Assembly: GCF_030144855.1 (NCBI RefSeq)
Contig: NC_082718.1
Location: forward strand, 32,302,001-32,366,000
Source of the DNA: Hypanus sabinus
Lineage: Eukaryota
DNA: 64,000 nucleotides
Reading direction: 5' to 3'
In this document: one piece after another, positions 26,983-38,230 of the stretch
Layout of the letters: every line of letters begins with the position of its first letter
Position numbering within the stretch: position 1 is the stretch's first letter
Notes under the pieces: generated by a model
What the model saw: only the letters and a program-made list of their open reading frames with translations
The model's database searches: none
Told to the model about the DNA's origin: nothing
Position numbers and translations under genes: made by a program

Positions 26983-28563
26983 TATATGGAAAAGTACAAA
27001 TACGAGAAAGCCTTCTGATAGTGGAACTCCAGAGTTATACACACAGAATGCTGGAGGAATTCAGCAGGTCGTGCAGTATCTATGGAAATGAATAAACATT
27101 TAACATTTCCAGCTGAGACCCTTCTTCGGGACTATGAAGCAAGGGGGAAAGATGCCAAAATAAGAAGGTGGGGGGAAGGGAAAGAGGCTAAGAAAACTTA
27201 AGCAACTCGTACCTAAGCTAGCTGTGAAAACTGCACCAAAACTAAATGGTTGATTTAAAACCACAGGAAATACAACCATACGGTTTTAAAATAGAGCCTG
27301 CTAAATTGAAAATTTATTTCCATCTTGAAATATATGGTATATACACTCTGTAATGTCACCACCTCCATCATAAACTAATCTGTGGAAGACCTACACCAAC
27401 TAGTTCAGGAACAGTTGTTACCCCTCAACCATCAGGCTCTTGAACCAGAGGGGATAACTTCACTCAAATTCACTCAACCCATCACTGACTGTTCCCACAA
27501 TATATGGATGTCATCTCATGTTCTTGATATTTATTGCTTATTTATTTATTCATTCATTCATTCATCATCATCATTATGTGCTGTGCTGCATGATGTGGGC
27601 GGTCATGGTCTCATGAGCATGATTATCCTTGTTAAATTTCTTTCTACTACAGAAGTAGTTTGTCATTGTCTTCTGGGCAGTGTCTTTACAAGACCGGCGA
27701 CTTTGGCCATTATCAATATTTCTCAGAGATTATCTGCCTGCTGTGGGCACATCTGCGGCTCATACAACCATCCACCCCCTGCTCCCGTGGCTTCACGTGA
27801 CCCTGATCAGGGAGTGGAGGGGTTAAGCAGGTGCGACACCTTGCCCAAGGGTGACCTGCAGGCTACTGGAGGGAAGGAGCACCTTACACCTGCTTTGCTA
27901 GAGACATATCTCCATTCAATCAGCCAAATTAATAATTATTATTATTATTTTTTTCTCTCTTTCCTTTTGTATTTTTGCACATTGTTTGTTTGCCTGTTGT
28001 GTTGGGTGCAGACCTTCAATGATTTTATTGTGTTTCCTGGGTTTACTGTGTATTCCCACAAGAAAATGAATCTCAGGGTTGTACATGGTGACATATACCC
28101 TGTACATACTTTGAAAGATTTTGGGACATTCAGTGTAGGGTTAATTGGGGTTGTGGGGTTTCTAGGTCAGTGTGGCTCAAAAGGCTGGAAGGACTTATTT
28201 TCTGCTGTATAGGTAAATAAGTAAGCAGTTTATTTTGCTCCCAAGTTCATGCCTGAATCCCGGTTTCCAAGCAACAATTCACATGGTCTTCTTTATGCTC
28301 TTTTGTTGCTGCATTTTAAAATCAAAACTTCTTGTGATTTTTACTTTGAGAAGTTCTCCTATAAATGTTTTCACTAATTTAAAGGCTGTATTTAAAGCGG
28401 TGGTTGATAGGTTCTTGATTAATAAGGGTGTCAAAAGTTACGGGGAGGAGGCAATGGTGGAGCAGACTTGATGGGCTGAGTGGCCTAATTCTGTTCCTCT
28501 TGTATCTTATGGTCGCATGGTAAGTGCAGTTAATGTGAGATGTTAATAATTCTGTGTTCACAG

Positions 28564-28637
28564 GACTTGCGTTTGAAGAGGTCAACAGCTTTGAGTTGCC
28601 ACAATGTACAATGGAAAATATGGAGACAGACAACTGA
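28564..28637 (+). CDS. mapk11: p38-beta terminal coding exon 12 (GLAFEEVNSFELPQCTMENMETDN*)
   Basis: cacag| phase-1 continuation of exon 11 (G|GA); L-x-F-E-E-V-x-S-F matches the p38 C-terminal helix (ELTYQEVLSF in human beta); TGA at 28635-28637. Confidence 0.9.
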
Positions 28638-28854
28638 GAGCGAACTGGCCACTCTGTCTGCAGTGAGAGTTCAAAAGATTGTTTCACATGCTTGCTGCTT
28701 GACTCACAATACGGTCCCTTTTTTATGTACACAGTCCCACCTTTGCTACAGTTCACCACACTTCTTCAATGGACATAAAACATAATGAAATTCACTGTCT
28801 TCAATGTTAATTTGTTTTCCTTTTTTTTTGCATATCTGTCTTCTGTAAACAACT

Positions 28855-28860
28855 AATAAA
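28855..28860 (+). promoter_or_regulatory. mapk11: Candidate polyadenylation signal AATAAA of mapk11
   Basis: First AATAAA noticed after the stop (~220 nt downstream), preceded by U-rich and TGTA elements. Confidence 0.45.
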
Positions 28861-29308
28861 CCAAAAGCTACGTGTCACTCATGTCAAGTTTATCAATCAC
28901 ATTCTAATGTCCTGAAGTGTGTGTTGCACAGTTCATGTTTGCAGCCTTTGAGCACATGAAATGGCTCCAATTTAACATTTTTTGAGGTAGTTCAAAATGT
29001 TAACAACTGTACAAATGATTAAATCTGTAATTTATGCTTATTCTGTTTATTTCCTTACAGTTTGAATGATGAGCAACTCACTAGCAAGAAAATGCTCAGA
29101 ATAAAATAACTTAATTTTATTGTCTTCTTCACTGTCACTTTGAAAACGTTAACTTTCCTGTAATACGTCTTCAGTTTTTTAACTTTATAAACAGCACTGA
29201 AACAGAAAATGCATTGAATCCAATAGTTCACATCAGAAAAAGAGAATCAGATAGCTCTGCTAGCTTAGTAATTGCAAATTACCTGCTACCTTACAGCAAT
29301 TTGCAATG

Positions 29309-30171
29309 CAGTGGATTCTGGTTAATTGGGGTGCATCTGGACCGGTACATTTTGGCCCAATTAATCAGCTGCACCAATTAGCCAAAGTTTTTTAGAAATA
29401 GTTAAAAAGACAAACTGAGTTCAAATTAGTTCTGTATTTCATTTAAATCCATAAATTGTTAATTATAACACTACCAATAGTACTACAAAACTATATTAGT
29501 TCCTACAAGTTATCGATGGAGGAATTCATCCTTGTCGCCTTCTTTTGACTGTAAATGAATAAAATCTGCCTAGAAACTTAGTGCAGATAATGGACTGCCT
29601 TCATACAATGTTGTCGATGACTGCATCCTCCAAATAATCATTTTCATTGTACCATTCAGGATAGTTGTCAATATCATCAAATTCTTTGCAGTTCCCAACT
29701 TGTTGAAGTAGTGAAATCATTGCATTTTCACTCCTGGCTGTTTCTGGCATCTCCAAGCCTGCATGCTTGAAACCGCATTGAGCAAAACAGTTCAGAATTG
29801 TCTTACTGCTTACTTCTCGCCAACTATCAGTGATAAAGCTGCTCTAAACACCAGAGGTGTAACAGGCAGTAGCTGACTGACTGCTATCAGTGAGAAGAGT
29901 CACTGCTTTTTGAACACTAGAAGATGCAACTGACGCTATTTGAAAACTGTTCACTGTAAGCACAGTGTAGCATCTAAAGGCCACACAGGTACACATGACT
30001 GACTCTAGTTAGAATTTGCTCGGCAACAATCTCCTTCCCCAATTAAGCAGCGTAGCGTCCCAAATAAAGGGAACCCTGGCAATTTTCTCAGACAGGTTTT
30101 ATTCCTTAAGAGTTGTCCCAAATAAGCAGCTCCTCCAATTGACTTATGGCCCAATTAACCGAAATCCACTG
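29309..30171. mobile_element. Non-autonomous pogo/Tigger-like DNA transposon
   Basis: TIRs cagtggattctggttaattggg / cccaattaaccgaaatccactg followed by TA; subterminal (cc)caatta repeats. Confidence 0.7.
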
Positions 30172-30394
30172 TATTTAAGTTCTGATAAATTAGCTTTGTT
30201 ATCTTGAAAGCAATAATATGAAATATTTAACTTTTATCAAGAGACTCGTGTGCAAAGAAGAAATTCCTATTGCATTTGGTCTGGATTCACAAGGTATGTC
30301 GCAAGGGAAACATAGCTTTATAAAATCACATCACATCTGATTACAAAAGAGGAATTTTCCTCTGTATGTCATGTAAAAAAAGCTGCAAATAGAT

Positions 30395-30893
30395 TCATGA
30401 GAAAGTCTGCAGATACTGGAAAGCTAGAGTAACACACACAAAATGCTGGAGGAACTCAGCAGGTCAGGCAGCATCTATGGAAATGAATAAACAGTCGATG
30501 CTTCAAGCCAAGACCCTTCTTCAGGACGGGACAGGAAGGGGGAAGACGCCAAAATAAAAATGCGGTGGTGGGGGGAGGGTAAGGAGGACAGCTAGAAGGT
30601 GATAGGTGAAGCCAGGTGGGTGGGAAAGGTCAAGAGCAAGAGAAGAAAGCATCTGATAGGAGAGGAGAGTGGACCATAGGAGAAAGGAAAGGAGGAGGGG
30701 CACCAGGAGGAGGTGCTAGGCAGGTGAGAAGTGGGGAGGGAAAGGGGCAATTTTATTTTACTGCAAGGGGAAATCAATACTTGTCATCAGGTTGGAGGCT
30801 ACCCTTGAGGGTGGCCTCATTTTAACACAAGAGGAGGCCATGGACTGGCGTGTTGGAATGGAAATGAGATTCAGAATTGAAATGTTTGGCTAC
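30395..30893 (-). mobile_element. Penelope-like fragment; further fragments ~27040-27185, ~43345-43760, ~53215-53365, ~56170-56610
   Basis: Same terminal repeat and purine-rich 3' UTR as the 16708-18089 element. Confidence 0.7.
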
Positions 30894-31551
30894 AATTGAA
30901 ATATACTCGTTGTGAGCAAGTTGATAATCCAATTGCGCCTACAGTGGAGAGAATCTTTTTCTCAGTCAGATCAATACACAGAAGCTTCCAAACTGAATGT
31001 GGTAATTGGCTACTTCATTGTGCTACTGATTTGCATGATTACTGTGTTGAGCCTGTAATGACTGTCTCATTGAATGATTGCATGTTTGCTTCAGTGGTGA
31101 AGTGCAAATACCAGTTAAAGCCAGCTTGTCGCATATGAAGGCAGTGTGTACTTCTATACACTGGTGCTATCAATGAGGACATGATGCCTTCATATAAAAT
31201 TTTGGTTAGGCTGCATTTGGAGTATTGCAATCAGTGCAATTACGGAAAGGAATAGATCAGGGGTTCCCACGTGGGGTCCACGGACTACTCAGTTAATGGT
31301 AAGGGTTCCTAGCATAGCAAAAGTTTGGGAACCCATGGGTTCAGAAAGGGTTCAGAAAAGTTTTTCTAGCATGTTGCCTGGATTGGAAGGTGTTAGCTAT
31401 AAGGTGAGATGAAGCAGACTTGGGCTGTTTTCTCTTCAACTTCAGAGGCTGAGTGGAGACCTGACAGAAGTTTATAAATTATGAGAGATTGAGACAGAAC
31501 AGAAAACCAGAATCATATCCCAGAGTAGAAATTTTGAATACCAGAAGGGTA

Positions 31552-32132
31552 TCAGATCATGAGCAGGGAATGGAGAGATGGACATCATGTGCTGGGAATG
31601 AAGGGATGAAGATCATGTACGGGGAATAGTGAGATGGTAGACCGTGTGCAGGGAATTGAGGGATGTAGATCATATCCAGGGAATAGAAGGATGTAGATCA
31701 TGTGCTGGAAATGGAGAGATGTAGATCTTGTCCAGGAAATTGAGGAATGCAGATCATGTGCAGGAAATGGAGTGATGGAGATCATGTGCAGGAAATGGAG
31801 AGATGGAGATCATGTGCTGGGAATGAGGTGTAGATCATGAACAGGGAATGGAAGGATGAAGTTCATGTGCAGGAAATAGATGTAGATTGGGTGCTGGGAA
31901 TGAAGGAATGTAGATCATGTGCAGGGAATGGAGGGATGTAGATCATATCTAGGGAATAGAAGGATGTAGATCATGTGCTGGGGATGGAGAGATGTAGAAC
32001 ATGTACAGGGAATAGAGAGATGTAGATCTTGTCCAGAGAATGGAATGATTCAGATCATGTGTTGGGAATGGAGGGATGTAGTTCATGAGCAGGGAATGGA
32101 GGGATCGAGATCTTGAGCAGGAATGGAAGGAT
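31552..32132. repeat. Diverged 28-bp minisatellite (~20 units)
   Basis: Consensus gtagatcatgtgcagggaatggagggat; 28-nt period (e.g. 31911 vs 31939); directly follows a CR1 fragment at ~31170-31550. Confidence 0.9.
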
Positions 32133-35100
32133 AATTTTCAGACACCTTTTAACACGTGGTCTAAAAGCTACTGTAGACAGAGACCTGAGGTACCTACAGT
32201 TAATGCTGTGAAGCTGTCTCCCTGAGCACACATCTGCTATTTGATGTGCTAAGTGAGAACATTAATCTGGTCTGCAAACTCTCTTGAACTAAATAACTCA
32301 GCCAGGTTTTCTAGTTTGAAGTAAGTCAAATTAAATAACCCATGGCCTTACATTACACCTCTTGAGCAATAATCCCAGGTGCTATGGAGCCAGCAAGTCT
32401 GTGCTAGAAACAATGTTTGTTTCCAAAGCTGCCTTTTCAAATTCAAAGCAATCTCTGCTTGCCAGTTATATTAAGAAATGAAGACTGGCTCCAGTTTACA
32501 ATAAGAAGCTAAACAATGAGTATGAGTTGGAAGTTTAACATATCAAAGTCAACACTTTGGTCTTTAGAAATGTCAGCTGTTGTGTTTAGAAAGCTGAGCT
32601 TGATAAAAAGAAAAGCTCCTTGCTCTGGACAGTGACTATCCATCACATAGAGACATTTTCTTGTTGCAATGAGCTGAAATCCATCACGCGACCTCTCAAT
32701 GTGAGCATTAAATTTAAGGTGCAGTATTTCACCAGTTGGATAAGGTGGCTCTAAATTTCAGACAAAGAAATAGCACCTCTAATGGACACCTATGGGAGAG
32801 GTTCATTGATCAGATAAGAATCAAGAACTATGGGACTAGTCAGAACAATGAAGTCGAGCTAAAAGATCAGAGAAGCAATGATCTTATAGAATGGCAGATC
32901 AATCACATTTTTTCTGCCACCTTATACTTTGTAGTTGTGTTCTTGCCAATGATGAGAGTTGAAAATCTGTTCTAATCCAACCTCCTTGTTGTTTCATTTT
33001 CATCTTGCAACCTTTTGTGCCAGGCTTTAATTGCTGCAGACATTTAGGGTGTGTGAGCAGACAGGGGTGTTAATATCATATGTTCATGGCATAGCAGTTT
33101 GGAAAATGTCAGAATCAAAATATGGCAGGCAAGTTTGTAAATCACAAAGAGAGTATAGTTTAAGTTCAAGTTTAATTGTCTTTCAACTATGCATGAATAC
33201 ACCCAAATGAAACAACGCTACTCCAGGGCCAAGATACAAAACTACAAAACACAGTACCAACAGTCATACACAGCATAAGGTACATATAGCACATATAAGA
33301 TAGCAGTAAATATAGTCACTTAAAAAACACATGTAGCCCAAGTTTCTGAGTGACATCCTGCAAGTTGATGGTGTTGTGGGCAAGAACAAGCAGTTCTCAG
33401 CAGTTCACAGATGAATGTAGGTATGCAGCTTGTCTTCTACTGAATGAACACTAGAAGGCAGCACTGACAGGAGGGGGGCTAGTCCCCTATCCAACATGAA
33501 TGCCATGTCACACTGCCCCTGATGTCTCCCTTTCTGGACTGCTGCAACAGGCCTAGTCCTCACTACAACCAAGGCCACACAGGTCCCGCACCATCAGTCT
33601 CACCAATAAATCAGTGAACCGGACTTGCAGTATTTTACATTACCAATGTCCAACAGGGTCTTGAAATTCCAAGTAGAAATAAACAGCTTGAAAATATTGC
33701 ATCATAATTATTTCTACTTGGAATTAATTGGTCAGAAGTCCAAATGCAAGCATGTGTGGAATTCCAAAAAGTTATGGTAATCAAGCTGGCAGATGGGTGG
33801 GGCTTTACCCTTGTAGCCGTGGTATATTAAATTTTGTAATACATTGATTGAACATCTGAACAGTTCAAAATGACAATTTAACTCTTTGTGTGCTCACAAC
33901 ATGTAGAGCATCTCTACAAGGTAAACATTGTAGGTCTGTTAATGTCTAATGTTTGTTGATAGCAACTGGATTCTTTCTTAGTCTCAGGCACCATTAACAT
34001 GAGGATGCCTGTTAATGACTAAATGTCTGTTGGTCATTTTGAGAGCTAGGCTGATGGATTCTTTCTTAGTGTCTGTCAAACCAGCTTGATGGGTTTCTCT
34101 TTTGCTCTCAGGCCTATCACTTATATGTAATATTAATGTTCTTTTGTAACTAAAGGAACGTTAAAATGCAAAAGACTGGTGGACTGACGGATAAGGAGTC
34201 ACCATTAAGGTTTCTAATTGATTTGTCAGGGTATGCTGAATACTGTGTTAATAAACATGAGCTACTTGAATGAGCAGGCTGAGTTAATGGCCCGAGAACA
34301 AAAGATTAAAAAGTTTGTCTATCTCTGTGTGTCTCTCTATGCTTGTGGAACTCATATTTATTGGGGTGGGGTACCTTCCCTGGTTCATTGGACTTCACCT
34401 AGATCGGGAATCGCGATCGGTGCCTGGGACCCAGGGGCATTTCACAAGTGAGTCAGAATTCAAAGTTCCCCTGACAACAGCAGCAATCAAGCGGTGACTA
34501 AAATCACGAGCCCTGAAACCTTTGTGGAAATCTTTGCGACTTACTATGTAATATTTTGTGTGATTTATTTGTGCTTTCTATTTTAAGATAATAAATTAGG
34601 ATTAAGTTACTTTGCTGCGCTTGTATGCTTATTACCTCATTACCTCATCTCCTGGATGCCCAAATTGGTTTGGGTTTAACCAGCCCAGCCCATTACAGCA
34701 GGCAGTGTCTGAAGGCAATGAAAAGATAACCCATTGGTTCTGGAGGTAACTTTATTCACAAGGGGTAGCTGGGACTTTTAGGGCTGAAGTGTATCTGCCC
34801 TGAATAACTCCAATTCAAAGAGACCAAGAATATGCCATTCTCCCAGGTACACTACCAACAAGGATTGTAGAAGTGGGTCTACCTCATCTTGGAATAAACC
34901 AAAATCTATAGGACAAAATATTGCAACCGCCCCTCCCTGGAAGAGGTCGCAATTAACACAATTGTCTGGTGAAGTTAAAAGTTAGCATGTGAAATACTAA
35001 ATTGAGATCTGCTATTTATGGTTGATGTGACAGGTGATACTAAATGACGTCCCATTTGGAATCAAGGAAATGTGCAGGTAAATGAGTGCTTTAATTTTCC

Positions 35101-36912
35101 AGGAGTTTAATGTGGCAGTGGTTGTCCATCCAGTGACAAGGGCAGGACCATAGCAATTTAAAGATTCAAAGTACATTTATTATCAAGGTATGTGTACAGT
35201 ATACAACTCTGAGATTTGTCTTCCCACCAACAGCCAAAAAACAAAGGAAGACCATGGAACCTGTTCAAAGAAAACATCAAACACCCAATGTGCAGAAAAA
35301 AAGAACAACCTGTGCAAACGGCAAAAAATGGGCAAATAACGCACAGAATGTTAAAGATCAAATGGCAGACTCCTTGCAACAGTTTTGGAAAGATCAGTTC
35401 AATTTAGTGCTGTGTTGTTTGTTGACTTCAGGCCACAGAGCCAGTCCGCCTCGAACAAAATCGTGCAAAATAGTAATTAAAAAGGAGTAACCAGAAACAT
35501 GTAACATGAACCGCAGTCTCTAGAAATGAGTCCAATCCACAAACTGTGCTGATCAAACCTTAAGATTAGTATTTGTGTAGCACCACAACTGAGAACTTTA
35601 TCACTAAAATGCTTTCAACTGGCTGTGCACAGCTGCCAAACTCAGAAATGTATGTGCAGTTTCAGTAAGTACACTGAATGCAAGTGAAGACTGAAAGAGA
35701 AACAATTTTCAAGTCAAGAAGTTTTCATCAGAGTGGGGCAGCGGTTAGTGCTGCTGTCTCACGGCTTATGTGACCCAGGTTCAGTTCTGACCTCTGTGAC
35801 ATGTGATTTTCCCTGGGAGTGGGGTACATCTTTGGGAAGTGCCATGAAAATGAAGCATTCAGAAGAAACCCATGCGGTCAAAGGGAGAACATGCAAACTC
35901 CTTACATCTCACTGCAGAGTTCTTCATTGCTTAAGGCAGGGGTCAGCAACCTTTACCACTGAAAGAGCCACTTGGACCCGTTTCCCACAGAAAAGAAAAC
36001 ACTGGGAGCCGCAAAACCCGTTTGACATTTAAAATGAAATAACACTGCATACAACGTTTTGTTTTGCCTTTATGCTATGTATAAACAAACTATAATGTGT
36101 TGCATTTATGAAATTGATGAACTCCTGCAGAGAAAACGAAATTACATTTCTGCATGCAACAAAAACATGTTGACCTCCGAAAAAAAGACGTTGGGTTGAA
36201 GGTTACTTTTAAGTAAAATACTCAACGTCTATTTGAGTCCTTCTTGTATTTATGAAAAACGCCAAACTTAAATTTGCCGCCAGCAGCAAACCAAAAATAA
36301 CGTCAGTCAGCTGTCAGCCTGAAAAATAAAAGGACTATTTCACTGAACAATGAAAGCATATGAATATACGTAAAATAATAGGCAATTAAAATATTTATCA
36401 TCCTTGTTCAGGTTGACTCACACCTGACAATGCAGTCGTATTCAGTAGGGATGGATCGATGCTTAGGGGAGTGACCAGGAAAGATAATGTGTTTTTTTCC
36501 TCTCTGAACTCACAGAAGCGTTTCCCAAACGATGTTTGCATTGCGATGATTGCCCAATGTAAATACTCCGAATTTATCATGTCGTGACCTTTTTTGAACT
36601 CTCTCAAATTGGGGAAGTGAGACAATGTGCCTTTCTGTAAATCTCTGGCAAGCAACGTCAACTTGCGCTCGAATGCCAAAACATCCTCCAACATGTGCAG
36701 GGCTGTACGTCCTTACCCCGTTGAAGAGCTGTGTTCAGCGTGTTCAGGTGCGCTGTTATGTCTACCATGAAGTGTAGCTTTTCCAGCCACTCTGGCTGTT
36801 CCAGCTCAGGAAAGGTGAGCCCTTTGCTGCCCAGGAAAGTTTTCACTTCTTCCAGACACGCAACAAAGCGTTTCAGCACCTCCCCTCTGGACAGCCAGCG
36901 ATAAAAACACGT

Positions 36913-37126
36913 TGTAGCGGTTGCTACACGCAGTCAGTAAACTGCAGTCAAAGATAGCTTTATTCGAACTAAACAGCCTTGCTTTTAAGCCTCCCTCAAC
37001 CCGCCCCCCATGGGCGCGGATGCTGCAAAAGACACGTACTCACAAACCCCCGTAGGCTATCTCCCTTAGCCTGAACGCTGGCTAATTGTGAGCCGGTTCG
37101 GATGTGTCAGGAAATGGGTCGCCACA
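36913..37126 (-). mobile_element. Short solo-LTR-like element A inside the hAT
   Basis: TGT...ACA ends; AATAAA on the minus strand; flanks acgt / aagt (3 of 4 match); homologous to 37232-37446. Confidence 0.6.
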
Positions 37127-37231
37127 AAGTCTTATTTAGATTGTACAAGATCACCATAATCTTCAAATTTAGATTTACATTTCAAAAACTAACAAACTAA
37201 CATAAAATACATTTTAATTAAATACTGACCA

Positions 37232-37446
37232 TGTAGCGGTGTGCTACACGCAGCGCTAAAATTACGACACGGAGTCGGTAACTGCAGTCGAAGGAAAAAA
37301 CTTTATTCGAAATCTTCAGCCTCACTTTTAAGCCTCCCTCAACCTGCCCCCCATGGCGCAGAGGCTCCAAAGCTCTGTGCTCGCAAACCCCCGTAGGCTA
37401 TCTAATTGTGAGTCGGTTCGGATGTGCCAGGAAAAGGGTCGCCACA
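37232..37446 (-). mobile_element. Short solo-LTR-like element B inside the hAT
   Basis: TGT...ACA ends; perfect 4-bp TSD acca (37228-37231 / 37447-37450); AATAAA on the minus strand. Confidence 0.72.
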
Positions 37447-38004
37447 ACCAATTATTTCCCAAAGCAACAGGGAGCCGCAGCACAGACGTAAAAGAGCCAC
37501 ATGCGGCTCCGGAGCCGCGGGTTGCCGACCCCCGGCTTAAGGCAAAAGTGCTAATCACTGATTTTCTCCAGGTCTTCTGTCAACTCAATCAGATTCAGGG
37601 TGCCTCACTGTGACCAGTTCAGACTTGTCTTTCCGCTGTTCGGATGCCCCAGGCCTGCAAAATTCTACCTGGCTTCACTGTGGTGGTCGATTCCTAGGGG
37701 GAACAGCAGGGAGTTATTATCAAATTAGCAATGGCCAAGCACAGAACATCATAGAAGGGTTGTCCTCCTTCACTCTCAGTGACCTGAATGAAAGGTTCAG
37801 GGAAATATCTCCTGTAAATATACAGGCTGATTCAGATAATGGGAAATTGTCTCACACGCCATATTTGAATATAGTTCAAAGTTCAAAGTAAATTTATTAT
37901 CAAACTACATATATGTCACCATATACAACACTGAGGTTCATTTTCTAGCAGGCATACTCAATAAGTCCATAATAGAATAATAGCCAAAACAGATTCAATG
38001 AAAG

Positions 38005-38230
38005 CAACACACACAAAATGCTGGTGGAATGCGGCAGGCCAGGCAGCATCTATAGGGAGAAGTACAGTCAACATTTCGGGCTGAGAGGACTAACGTTAGT
38101 CCTGATGAAGGGTCTCGGTCTAAAACGTCGACTGTACTTCTTCCTATAGATGCTGCCTGGTCTGCTACATTCCACCAGCATTTTGTGTGTGTTGTTTGAA
38201 TTTCCAGCACCTGCATATTTCCTCGTGTTT
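38005..38230. mobile_element. Fold-back mini Penelope-like insertion inside a Rex1/Babar 3' UTR
   Basis: Inverted arms around the perfect 18-bp palindrome aggactaacgttagtcct (38086-38103); 16-bp TSD acagattcaatg(a/g)aag (37989-38004 / 38231-38246). Confidence 0.85.
38098..38133 (+). ncRNA. Degenerate minimal type-I hammerhead ribozyme motif
   Basis: AGUC-CUGAUGA-A-GGGUCUCGGUCU-AAAA-CG-UC-GACU: perfect stem I (AGUC/GACU), CUGAUGA and a GUC site; GAAA is mutated to AAAA. Confidence 0.6.

Larger units (their letters stand above)
35937..37534 (-). mobile_element. Internally deleted hAT (Charlie/Buster-type, GTF2IRD2/EPM2AIP1-like) DNA transposon
   Basis: 15-bp TIRs caggggtcagcaacc / ggttgccgacccccg; perfect 8-bp TSD gcttaagg (35929-35936 / 37535-37542); minus-strand transposase fragment RWLSRGEVLKRFVACLEEVKTFL...LHFMVDITAHLNTLNTALQ with one frameshift (36398-36900). 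Confidence 0.93.

Noticed and set aside
27382-28212. 276-aa ORF
   Set aside because: Chance read-through across nested repeat fragments (Rex1/Babar UTR plus SINE) with no protein-family motif.
29061-29110. Alternative terminal exon after ttccttacag
   Set aside because: In phase with exon 11 it gives Val then a stop, and a proper exon 12 exists at 28564.
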